Assembly (NCBI GenBank): GCA_910583735.1
Contig: CAJTXS010000001.1
Coordinates: 150,197-214,196 of the forward strand
Direction of reading: 5' to 3'
Origin: an uncultured Christensenella sp.
GTDB taxonomy: Bacteria > Bacillota > Clostridia > Christensenellales > UBA3700
Length of the DNA stretch: 64,000 nt
The position numbers and the translations under genes were made by a program. Below the pieces are notes generated by a model, which was given only the letters and a program-made list of their open reading frames with translations, was not told the origin of the DNA and searched no databases. Shown piece by piece: positions 43,705-52,290 of the stretch (positions are counted from its first letter, which is position 1; the number at the start of each line of letters is the position of its first letter).

Positions 43705-44316
43705 ATGTCTCAATCGATAGTACAGGCGATCAAGCAGGCGGTTGACGAGCCGCTGATTGCCGTATTCATACTCTCGGCGCTTCCGCTGATAGAGCTTAGA
43801 GGCGCGATACCAGCGGCGTTGCTGCTCGGCGTAGCGCCTTGGCAAGCCATGCTCGTGGCTTGGGCGGGCTCGGGACTTACCGTGCCTGTGATAATCGCGG
43901 TATTGAGACCTGCGCTGGAGGCGATGAAACGCAGTAAGCTCTTTAACAGAATTTCGCACTGCATAGAAGCTAATTTCTTAAAGCGCACTGATAAGGCGCT
44001 CGGAGATAAATTGAGCGAAGGCAAAAAGCTGCTTGCAATATATTTCTTCGTAGCGCTGCCTCTTCCCATGACAGGCGTATGGTCGGGGAGCGCTGTGGCG
44101 GCTTTCTCGGGTGTAGAGTATTATAAATCCGTAGCATGCGTACTTGCGGGCAACTTGACGGCGGCGGTGCTTTTGACGCTTATATGCGCGTTCTGCACGT
44201 CATATGTCGATATAATTCTCAATATCTTCGTAATAGTGACTTTCGCAGTATTGATCGCCTATGTCCTTAAAATAATACTTAAAACAGCCATAAAAGGCAA
44301 AAAAACGCACAAATAG
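43705..44316 (+). CDS. Putative small multidrug export protein family (COG2426-type) membrane protein
   Basis: 'LSALPLIELRGAIPAALLLG' signature. About 5 TM. Confidence 0.65.
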   Translation: MSQSIVQAIKQAVDEPLIAVFILSALPLIELRGAIPAALLLGVAPWQAMLVAWAGSGLTVPVIIAVLRPALEAMKRSKLFNRISHCIEANFLKRTDKALGDKLSEGKKLLAIYFFVALPLPMTGVWSGSAVAAFSGVEYYKSVACVLAGNLTAAVLLTLICAFCTSYVDIILNIFVIVTFAVLIAYVLKIILKTAIKGKKTHK

Positions 44317-44485
44317 TGCATATAGTATACATAATTATTTATATTTCGATATTACTGCGCATTTATTCGAGTGCGCAAAATATACATATCATACCTTCCT
44401 TATCTCTTACGGTAAAAATATATCTTTACAATATCTTAGATTTATATTATAATTATTTTAAGGCAATCGAGTTAACGGGGCGTCG

Positions 44486-44513
44486 CGGCTATCAACAATA
44501 TTGTCGGTAGCCG
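44486..44513. promoter_or_regulatory. 28-bp imperfect palindrome (candidate operator or RNA hairpin)
   Basis: CGGCTATCAACAAT|ATTGTCGGTAGCCG, with 12 of 14 positions complementary, ~100 nt upstream of ATG 44615. Confidence 0.4.
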
Positions 44514-44614
44514 TACAGCCTTGAGTAAATAAAATCTTTTTAATATATTAATTTGTACGACGAATATATCTGTCGTAGTATTTTTTTAATTCGGTTGTAT
44601 CAGGGGTGGATATT

Positions 44615-45976
44615 ATGAAGAAGAGGAGCTTGTTGATAGTTGCGATATTACTTGCGACGGCAGTTGCCTGCGCGCTTTGTTTCGGAGCATGCGACAGCGT
44701 CAATCCCGAGTACGGTCAGACAGATCCGTTCGAGAATGTCGGCGCGCCCGAAGCAAGTCCGGCTAAGCGATTGGATTACAGCTCTTCTATGACCGCAGCC
44801 GATCTGCTCGATATAGGCTTCTACAATTATTACAACGCAGATTATGTCGTCTCTGCCAATTACGGCTATAACGCTACTATAGGCGGCGGAATGGATATGA
44901 ACGGTCAGTATATTGACGGTTACAAGATAAGGAAGGGCGTATATAATGACGCAGACCCTCTGTCGGCGGATTGCTATCACCTGTCGCGTTCCGGCGGACT
45001 TGCTCAAAAGACTTGGGAAGAGGGATTGATTGTAGACGGCGATTTGAGGCATCGCATTACGGATTCGTCTAATATTGCTTTCAGCAAAGACAGTCAGATG
45101 ATACGCATAGAGGATGCGGATGATTTTAAGTATACCGAGTACGGCGACGACCTCGACAGCTATAACAATACGGTATGCAACGATCCGACAAAGATACTCA
45201 TGTACGATATCTTCGACACCGGGGCGATGAAGTTGATAAGGAGCAGTATAGACGAAGAGGGCGACGTCTCGTACGACGCGGCTAAGGGCGTATACTCGTT
45301 TAAGATTAAGTTCGATCCGGAGGAGTCTACCGTAGACTATATCCGAGTGATAGAAGCTAATCTGAAGAAGACGTCCAATGGCGCAAGAATAAGCGAATTT
45401 ACCAAGCTGGAACTCAATGTTGAGATGTGGGAGAGCGGTTTGATAAAGAAAATCGCCGTAAGCGAGCAATATAAGTTCGTAATGGCGCTGCCTCTTACCA
45501 ACGACTATTGGGCGAATGTATACTTCGCTTGGGACGAGGGCAAGACGGGCTATGCGATGAGCGACTATAGGGACGCTTTCACATCCAATATCGCTATCGA
45601 GCGTAACAACAAGGCATACGATAATGCGGGCGGCAAAGAGAGCATGGGCTTAATAGCTAAGATTGTAGCCATAGTCGTTCCGATATTGGTAGTTTTGATT
45701 GCCGCTATAGCTGTAGGCGTCTATTTCGGTGTCAAGAGGAAGAAGTTAAGGCGCGCTCAAGCAAGCGATGACGGGGCTGCTTCGGTCGATAATACTTCGG
45801 AATCCTCTTGCGACGATCGATCCGAGGCGGGCGCCGACGGCGTTGATGTCGCAGATATCGCAGGCGATTGCGAAGCTGCTGTAGACGCAGGAGACGGCAA
45901 TAGCTCGGACATGGGCGGCGAGGATAGTCTTTCCGAAGAGGACGGCGGCGACATATCGGACGGCGATGCCAAATAA
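44615..45976 (+). CDS. 453-aa envelope protein of unknown function: signal/lipobox-like N-terminus, C-terminal TM, long acidic cytoplasmic tail
   Basis: AGGGG SD. 'MKKRSLLIVAILLATAVACALCFGAC', then a TM 'IAKIVAIVVPILVVLIAAIAVGVYFGVKRKKLRR', then ~75 aa rich in D/E/G/S. Confidence 0.75.
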   Translation: MKKRSLLIVAILLATAVACALCFGACDSVNPEYGQTDPFENVGAPEASPAKRLDYSSSMTAADLLDIGFYNYYNADYVVSANYGYNATIGGGMDMNGQYIDGYKIRKGVYNDADPLSADCYHLSRSGGLAQKTWEEGLIVDGDLRHRITDSSNIAFSKDSQMIRIEDADDFKYTEYGDDLDSYNNTVCNDPTKILMYDIFDTGAMKLIRSSIDEEGDVSYDAAKGVYSFKIKFDPEESTVDYIRVIEANLKKTSNGARISEFTKLELNVEMWESGLIKKIAVSEQYKFVMALPLTNDYWANVYFAWDEGKTGYAMSDYRDAFTSNIAIERNNKAYDNAGGKESMGLIAKIVAIVVPILVVLIAAIAVGVYFGVKRKKLRRAQASDDGAASVDNTSESSCDDRSEAGADGVDVADIAGDCEAAVDAGDGNSSDMGGEDSLSEEDGGDISDGDAK

Positions 45977-45994
45977 AATATTACGGTGAGAGTT

Positions 45995-46909
45995 ATGCAA
46001 GATACCGCATCGGATAGGAAAAAGCTATATTTGATATTCAATATCGTAGCCTTTGCGTGCGTTGCCGCGCTTATGGCTGTAGCCGCATTCTACGACTTGG
46101 CGCTGAGCAAGGCGGTGGGCGACAGGAGCAATCTGTTCGGCATCTTCTTCGAGGTAGTCGGCGAGAGTCCCAGCTATCTGATATTGCCTATCGCTTCGCC
46201 CATTATCTTCTGTAATGCTCGCAATTTCGATAATAAAAAGATACGTATCACATTGCGCGTCATAGGCGCCTTGCTGGGGTGGATAGGCTATTTCGTGTGG
46301 ATGTTTTCGGGTTCCAAGCCGTCTAAGATAGATATACCGGGCAATACGGTATTTGCGGTATTCGTCGGATTTGTCGGCGGAGCGTTCGGACTGTGGGTAG
46401 GCTCTATGGTCGATAAGAAGGTGATGGACAGACTTCTTAAATGGGCTGTATTTGCAATCGCCGTGATGCTCGTATCGCTTGTTGTCAATCAGATTCTTAA
46501 GTTGTTATGGGGCAGGATGCGCTATCGCGACATGCAGGCGGCGGATAATTACGACGGATTTACGCCTTGGTATAAGGTGAATATCGGCAACGGCAAGGAG
46601 ACATATAAGTCGTTTCCTTCGGGGCATACTTCTTCGGCAGCCAATATATTCGTAATAGCGGTACTCTGCGATATCTTCCCTAAGTGGAATAAACTCCGAG
46701 TTAGGGCGCTTGTCAATGGATTGTGCACGTTGTTTGTGTGCGTCGTGGCTTTCTCGAGGATAGTCAACTGCGCGCATTTTCTATCCGACACGCTTGCGGG
46801 CGGATATATTACATATTTGATTTTTGTTATTTTGAGATTTGCGTTTTTCTCTAAAGGTAAATACGTTTACGAATTTAAGGAGTTGTCAGGTGAAGAACAG
46901 GGTTCTTAA
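45995..46909 (+). CDS. PAP2-family (type 2 phosphatidic acid/undecaprenyl-PP-like) phosphatase
   Basis: 'KLLWGRMRY', 'FPSGHTS', 'SRIVNCAHFLSD'. ATG 45995 follows GGTGAG; the track start is GTG 45986. Confidence 0.8.
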   Translation: MQDTASDRKKLYLIFNIVAFACVAALMAVAAFYDLALSKAVGDRSNLFGIFFEVVGESPSYLILPIASPIIFCNARNFDNKKIRITLRVIGALLGWIGYFVWMFSGSKPSKIDIPGNTVFAVFVGFVGGAFGLWVGSMVDKKVMDRLLKWAVFAIAVMLVSLVVNQILKLLWGRMRYRDMQAADNYDGFTPWYKVNIGNGKETYKSFPSGHTSSAANIFVIAVLCDIFPKWNKLRVRALVNGLCTLFVCVVAFSRIVNCAHFLSDTLAGGYITYLIFVILRFAFFSKGKYVYEFKELSGEEQGS

Positions 46910-47780
46910 GTTTTCCGTCGTGTATGCGGCGGTAATGGTCGTTGCGCTTATATTGTTTTGTATAGGATCCGTTAAGGACGAAGCTATCGCGGCTAAATTA
47001 ATGCTGGGCAATAATTTCTTTACTAAAGCGTGCGAGGCTGTAGGTAAATTCCCTCTGTATATTGCGGTCGCTTTCGGTTGCAGCATACTGCATTATCACG
47101 CCGAGCATAAGCAGCTTGTGTGGCATAGGAGACTGCTTAAGGCGGTATATGTTGCAGGCGGCGTGATATCTTTCACCTTAATGATGACAGACATATTCGA
47201 TATGATTTTGTCTCATAAACTCTTGAGTTATGCGGCGTCTTTCTTCGCGGCAATAGGACTTTATACATCGCTGTGCTTCTACACGGAGAGACTGGACGAC
47301 GAGAGGTTAATTAAGTATAAGAAGTGGGCTGTCGCAATAGTAGCGGCAGGCGCGGTAATAGTGCTGATGACGGCGATATGCAAGATTGCTTGGGGCAGAC
47401 CTCGACCTTACGAAGTGGCGAGCGGCGAATATATGATAAATAGCAGCGCCGTATTTTCTCCCTGGTATAAGATCAATAGACAGGGCGGCTCGTCATTCTT
47501 TTCGGGACATTCCGCATGCGTAATGGGGATATTTGCCTTTATTCCGTTGCTGATTGCAGACGAAAGAAAGAAGATTACAGTGATTATCTTCGCCGCTGTA
47601 TCTTCGGCGGTTGCGTTGATAGTGATATTAAGCAGACTTTTAATGGGCGCGCACTATCTCACAGACGTATCCGTAGGCGTCATGGTAGCTGCTACCGCAA
47701 TGTATGTAGCATCGGTGGTCGCTTTCGGACCTAAGGGCATGAAGATTGATCCCGACGGTAAGCTCAATAAGTATTTATAA
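46890..47780 (+). CDS. PAP2-family phosphatase (paralogue of the upstream gene)
   Basis: 'KIAWGRPRP', 'FFSGHSA', 'SRLLMGAHYLTD'. GTG 46890 follows AAGGAG; the track start 46839 would overlap the upstream gene by 71 nt. Confidence 0.8.
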   Translation: MKNRVLKFSVVYAAVMVVALILFCIGSVKDEAIAAKLMLGNNFFTKACEAVGKFPLYIAVAFGCSILHYHAEHKQLVWHRRLLKAVYVAGGVISFTLMMTDIFDMILSHKLLSYAASFFAAIGLYTSLCFYTERLDDERLIKYKKWAVAIVAAGAVIVLMTAICKIAWGRPRPYEVASGEYMINSSAVFSPWYKINRQGGSSFFSGHSACVMGIFAFIPLLIADERKKITVIIFAAVSSAVALIVILSRLLMGAHYLTDVSVGVMVAATAMYVASVVAFGPKGMKIDPDGKLNKYL

Positions 47781-47788
47781 GGTGAAAT

Positions 47789-49342
47789 ATGAATAAAGGA
47801 TTATCTCTGATATTCGACGTAGGTACGCAGGCAACGCGAGCGCTCGTAATCGACACCGCGGGCAACGTGCTTGTCAATATCAAGGAGAAGGGCGAGCTAT
47901 ACATATCCGACTCCAATCAGTACGCGGAGAAGAGTTGCGAGTCGTTCTGGAACGAGATATGTAACGTCTCTCTCAAGGCTAAAGAAGAGCTCGGCGAGCG
48001 ATGGGATGATATAGCCGCTGTATCCGTTACGTCTATACGTAATTCTCAGGTGTTTCTCGACAAGGATTGCAACCCTACGCGCAACGCTATTCTTTGGCTG
48101 GACAAGCGCGAGGTCAACTGTCCCGAGAAGCTCCCTCTTCTCAATAGGATTTTGTTTAAGATAGCGGGCATGAGCGAGGTTGCGGGCGTTGCAAGGCGCA
48201 CATGCTATATCAACTGGGTGCGCGTCAATCAGCCGTACGTGTGGGAGCATACTGCCAAGATAGTTATGCCATCTGCATACTTCAACTATAAGCTCACGGG
48301 CAGACTGATAGACAGCAAGGCGTCGCAGGCGGCCAAATTCCCATACAACTACCGCAAGAGGACTTGGATGACTAAGCATGCGCTCAATTATCCTGTGTTC
48401 GGTTGCCCTGTAGATAAGATGTGCGAGTTGGTCGAGCCGTGCAGCAGATTGGGATATATCACTGCTAAGGCGGCTGCCGAGTGCGGAATACGCGAGGGAA
48501 CGCCGGTTATAGCGTCCGGCGCGGATAAGGCATGCGAGACTTTCGGAGTGGGCGCGATAGACTCGCGCATTGCGTCCGTTTCTTTCGGTACGGCGGCGTC
48601 TATTCAGATGACTACGGACAAGTATGTGGAGCCTACTTTTGCCATGCCCGCGTATACGGCTGTAGCGCCCAATAAGTTCAATCCCGAGATACAGATATTC
48701 AGGGGCTACTGGATGGTGTCTTGGTTTAAGGAGCAATTTGCGCTCAACGAGAAGAAAGAGGCGCAGGAGCGCAACGTCATGCCCGAGCAGGTTCTTGACG
48801 AGAAGATTAAGGATATCCCTCCCGCAAGCAACGGTCTGATAATTCAGCCCTATTGGGGACCGGGACTTACCACACCCGAGGCGCGCGGTCTGATGATGGG
48901 ATTTTCGGATATGCATACCCGATTTCACATGTATAGGGCGATTATCGAAGGCATCGATTTTGCGTTGCTCGAGGGACTTGAGAATATGGAAAAGCGCACG
49001 CATAAGAAAGTCAAACGCATAGCTCTTTCGGGCGGCGGAAGCGCAAGCGAGGTCGTATGTCAGATAGCCGCGGATATCTTCGGCAGAGAAGTATATCGCG
49101 TGCAGACATACGAGACCAGCGGACTTGGCGCCGCTATGGCGTGCTTTATCGGACTGGGCGTATTTACGGACAGGGATTCCGCTGCTAAGGCGATGGTTCA
49201 TGAGCGCGATTGCTTCGTCCCCGACGAAGAGCGAAGCAAAATTTATCGCAGAGTGTACGAGAATGCTTATCGCAAGATTTATCCCAGCGTAAGACATATT
49301 TATAACGATATGTATTATATGTTTAAGCGCGGAGAACTTTGA
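47789..49342 (+). CDS. FGGY-family carbohydrate kinase
   Basis: 'LIFDVGTQATRALVID' and 'LSGGGSASEVVCQIAADIFG'. AAGGTGA SD. Confidence 0.85.
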   Translation: MNKGLSLIFDVGTQATRALVIDTAGNVLVNIKEKGELYISDSNQYAEKSCESFWNEICNVSLKAKEELGERWDDIAAVSVTSIRNSQVFLDKDCNPTRNAILWLDKREVNCPEKLPLLNRILFKIAGMSEVAGVARRTCYINWVRVNQPYVWEHTAKIVMPSAYFNYKLTGRLIDSKASQAAKFPYNYRKRTWMTKHALNYPVFGCPVDKMCELVEPCSRLGYITAKAAAECGIREGTPVIASGADKACETFGVGAIDSRIASVSFGTAASIQMTTDKYVEPTFAMPAYTAVAPNKFNPEIQIFRGYWMVSWFKEQFALNEKKEAQERNVMPEQVLDEKIKDIPPASNGLIIQPYWGPGLTTPEARGLMMGFSDMHTRFHMYRAIIEGIDFALLEGLENMEKRTHKKVKRIALSGGGSASEVVCQIAADIFGREVYRVQTYETSGLGAAMACFIGLGVFTDRDSAAKAMVHERDCFVPDEERSKIYRRVYENAYRKIYPSVRHIYNDMYYMFKRGEL

Positions 49343-49427
49343 TTTTTTATACACTTAATCAATTTCTATAGATATACCTTAAATAGCCTGCATTGGCTAA
49401 TATCATTGTAAACTTAGTCGCAATTAC

Positions 49428-49460
49428 GGGGCGGATATTTCCGCCTCGTTAACTTTTTTA
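49428..49460 (+). terminator. Terminator after the FGGY kinase gene
   Basis: Stem GGGGCGG/CCGCCTC (one G-U pair) with loop ATATTT, followed by GTTAACTTTTTTA. Confidence 0.6.
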
Positions 49461-49485
49461 TAATGTCATCGCATATAATGTCATT

Positions 49486-50838
49486 ATGGATAAGTTGGTC
49501 AGTTATAAAAGTATTCACTTTATAGGTATAGGCGGCGTCAGCATGAAAGCGCTTGCCAAGTATTGCAGACTGCGCGGCGTACGCGTATCCGGCAGCGATA
49601 TAAGGGGCGGGAGCGCTATAGAAAGGTTGGCAGAAGAGGGAATAGAGATTGTAGATTGCGACGATATAGAGTGTATCGGTAATTGCGATCTTGTCGTGTA
49701 TACCGCCGCTATATCTTCGGATAACTTACAGCTCGTAGCAGCTAAGGAGCTTAGGATACCTGTAATGGAAAGAAAAGCATTCTTAGGGCTTGTCTCACGA
49801 GGGTTTAACAAGGTCATTTCCGTCGCCGGTACTCACGGTAAGACAACGTGTACCGCTATGATATCTTCGGTTTTCGATAGGGCGGAGATGCCGTATACGG
49901 GGCATATAGGCGGAGATTTGCAGGGCAAGGAATGTAACTTGATTTGCAGAGGGGACGACTATTTTGTCACCGAAGCATGCGAATATAATCGCAGTTTTCT
50001 CACTTTATCCAGCGATATCGCGCTCATCCTCAATGTGGGCTTTGATCATCCCGACTGCTATAAAGATATGGACGATATGGTAGAGGCATACAATAGCTTC
50101 GTCCGCAACTGCAAGGCGGGCGCCACCGTTATTATTTACGGCGAAGCGCTGCCTCGCATCGACGCGCGCGGATATAATGTTGTAACATTCGGCTACGGCA
50201 GAGAGTGCGATTATTATCCCGAGCGCATTACTTATAAGGAAGGAAGATATTCATTCTTTATCTGCGGCAGAGGAGAAAGGCTCGGCAAGATAGATTTGCC
50301 CGTTTACGGCAAGCATAATATACTCAACGCATTGGCGGCATTTGCATGTTCTATAGCTTGCGGAATAGACGCCGAAGTCGTATGCGCGGCTCTAAGCGAG
50401 TTTTGCGGAGTAAAGGGACGGTTCGAGAAGAAGGGCGTGAGCGCCGGCGGCGCGCAGATAATATATGATTACGCGCATCACCCCGACGAGATATCCGCGA
50501 CCGTAGATACCGCGCGGGTGTTCGGCAGAGGCGGTAAGATAATTGCGGTATTCGAGCCGCATACCTTTTCGCGCACAAAGAGTCTCATTAACGAGTTCAG
50601 CGCTTCGTTCGCTATGGCGGACGAGATAATCATTCTGCCCACGTTCAAGGCTCGGGAGGATTATATCGAGGGCGGTGCGGCGTACGACCTATATGTTGCT
50701 GTAAGTAAGAAAGGTTACAACGTTAAATATGCCTGCGATTACGAAAAAGCCGCCCGATTGCTCGAGACGGCTGAAAAAGGCGATGTGATATTGCTTATGG
50801 GCGCGGGCACCGTGTCGGCGCTTGCGACCTACTTGTAA
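49486..50838 (+). CDS. murC: UDP-N-acetylmuramate--L-alanine ligase
   Basis: 'IHFIGIGGVSMKALA' and 'GTHGKTTCTAM'. 450 aa. Confidence 0.93.
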   Translation: MDKLVSYKSIHFIGIGGVSMKALAKYCRLRGVRVSGSDIRGGSAIERLAEEGIEIVDCDDIECIGNCDLVVYTAAISSDNLQLVAAKELRIPVMERKAFLGLVSRGFNKVISVAGTHGKTTCTAMISSVFDRAEMPYTGHIGGDLQGKECNLICRGDDYFVTEACEYNRSFLTLSSDIALILNVGFDHPDCYKDMDDMVEAYNSFVRNCKAGATVIIYGEALPRIDARGYNVVTFGYGRECDYYPERITYKEGRYSFFICGRGERLGKIDLPVYGKHNILNALAAFACSIACGIDAEVVCAALSEFCGVKGRFEKKGVSAGGAQIIYDYAHHPDEISATVDTARVFGRGGKIIAVFEPHTFSRTKSLINEFSASFAMADEIIILPTFKAREDYIEGGAAYDLYVAVSKKGYNVKYACDYEKAARLLETAEKGDVILLMGAGTVSALATYL

Positions 50839-51825
50839 TCAAGAATTACATTTGATTATTGTCTTTTTGAGGATGGAAGCCTGAGCGTCGTACAGCTTAC
50901 CGATAGTATCGGGCGCGTCGGCGAAGCCCACGGTCTCTTTGATGAGGTCCGATACCTTAACCTTGCCCGTAGCGAGTAGATTGATAGCCATGCTTACCTT
51001 ACCGATGCCGTTCTTGACTCCGAATATGGTAAGCTCTTTCTCGAGTATGTTGATTAAGTCGAACTTGTGATATTTAGTATCGCTGTTGGCGTTCATGAGC
51101 GCTATCTTGCCGCCGCGACTGAGGCAGCGGGTAGAGGCGTCTATGTTTTCGGAGATATCCGCGTCGATTATGAGCGCGGAAGCCATCTTACCGGAAGTGA
51201 AACTCTTAACCATATATTCCACATTCTCGCTTGACGAGTCTATTACCATATCTATGCCGAATTCTTGCGCGAAGGCAAGGCGCTCTTCGCTCTTGTCGAT
51301 TATTATGGGCAGAGCTTGATGATATCTGACCAACTGAGCGAGTATTACGTTGGTAACGGATACGCCGCTTAGCAGCGCCACCTGCGTCTTTTGCAGAGCC
51401 AGCCTCTCCATGAGGTTGCACGCTGTGGCGATGGTATCTATGAATACGAGCGCGTTATCTTCTATACTGTCGGGGACGTCGTAGATATTATTGAAAGGTA
51501 CGGTCGCATAGTCGCGCAGATAGCCCTTATCGTAGCATGTCTCGCCTTTCATCTTGGGCAGGGACGAGAGGAGCACGCGCTGACCGCTCTTATATTCGTG
51601 TGTCGGACACTCGCTTATCAGTCCGACAGCGGAAGAGCAGGGGATGATCTTGGACGCGTAATCGTATATGGTACGGTTCTTCCTGCCGTAATTGTACAGG
51701 TCCTTATTGTCGATGCCCGCTCTGATAATTTTTACTTTTGCGTGTCCCGCGGGTATGACCTCGTCGGGCTCGTTGACAGCCGTTATTTTACGCTCGCCTT
51801 CTAAAATCCACGAATTCATAAACAC
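50839..51825 (-). CDS. MDR (zinc-ADH/threonine dehydrogenase-like) superfamily protein with degenerate catalytic and cofactor motifs
   Basis: GroES-like N-domain 'IPAGHAKVKIIRAGIDNKDLY'. The expected GHE is 'CSS', and the GxGxxG site reads 'LSGVSVTN'. GAGGTG SD. Confidence 0.65.
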   Translation of the reverse strand: MFMNSWILEGERKITAVNEPDEVIPAGHAKVKIIRAGIDNKDLYNYGRKNRTIYDYASKIIPCSSAVGLISECPTHEYKSGQRVLLSSLPKMKGETCYDKGYLRDYATVPFNNIYDVPDSIEDNALVFIDTIATACNLMERLALQKTQVALLSGVSVTNVILAQLVRYHQALPIIIDKSEERLAFAQEFGIDMVIDSSSENVEYMVKSFTSGKMASALIIDADISENIDASTRCLSRGGKIALMNANSDTKYHKFDLINILEKELTIFGVKNGIGKVSMAINLLATGKVKVSDLIKETVGFADAPDTIGKLYDAQASILKKTIIKCNS

Positions 51826-51907
51826 CTCGTCAATTCGATTGGGAATATTATAGCACTAAATAATTCAAATATCAAGCGGCAAATTAAAATATTGTTTAGC
51901 CTATCGC

Positions 51908-51936
51908 TTGACTTAAGTATATTTAATATGTATAAT
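51908..51936 (+). promoter_or_regulatory. rpmE promoter TTGACT-17-TATAAT
   Basis: -35 at 51908..51913 and -10 at 51931..51936. The ~25-nt leader carries GAGGTG. Confidence 0.7.
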
Positions 51937-51968
51937 TGACTACGCAATAAAGTATTTGAGGTGATTAT

Positions 51969-52178
51969 ATGAACGAGAATATACAGCCCGAATATCACGA
52001 CGCGGTGTTCGAGTGTGCGTGCGGATCCAAATTCGTATGCGGCACCACCAAGCAAGCCGACGTAATCAAGGTGGAAATTTGCAACAAGTGCCATCCTTTC
52101 TTTACCGGCAAGCAGAAGCTCGTTGATACCGGCGGCAGAGTTGAGAAATTCAAGAACCGTTATAATTTGAACAAGTAG
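51969..52178 (+). CDS. rpmE: 50S ribosomal protein L31 (Zn-ribbon type)
   Basis: 'FECACGSKF...[24 protein letters not shown]'. Confidence 0.95.
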   Translation: MNENIQPEYHDAVFECACGSKFVCGTTKQADVIKVEICNKCHPFFTGKQKLVDTGGRVEKFKNRYNLNK

Positions 52179-52227
52179 CAATAACTTCAGACGGGTGCGA
52201 AGTCATACTTTGCACTCTGTTTTTAAG

Positions 52228-52258
52228 CAAGCGCGTCGATAGAGCGCTTGTTTATTTA
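52228..52258 (+). terminator. rpmE terminator
   Basis: Stem CAAGCGC/GCGCTTG with a 9-nt loop, followed by TTTATTTA. Confidence 0.65.
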
Positions 52259-52290
52259 TATATATGCGCGTGAGCGCGGACGGGTAAATA

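Noticed and set aside
47897-49354. Very long antisense ORFs covering whole genes. Examples: 485 aa opposite the FGGY kinase; 54183..55256 opposite prfA; 19663..21081 opposite guaB; 12376..13440 opposite ntpA; 5098..6027 opposite tsaC; 38902..40263 inside the 1410-aa gene; 53179..54117; 58223..59017; 31917..32711.
   Set aside because: The three I checked (opposite the FGGY kinase, prfA and guaB) lie in the codon-aligned antisense frame, where stops arise only from sense TTA, CTA or TCA codons. Their length therefore just shows that the sense genes avoid those three codons. That is a real codon-bias signal, but not evidence of genes. The translations are Arg-rich and low-complexity, with no SD or motif, while the sense strands carry unmistakable housekeeping proteins.
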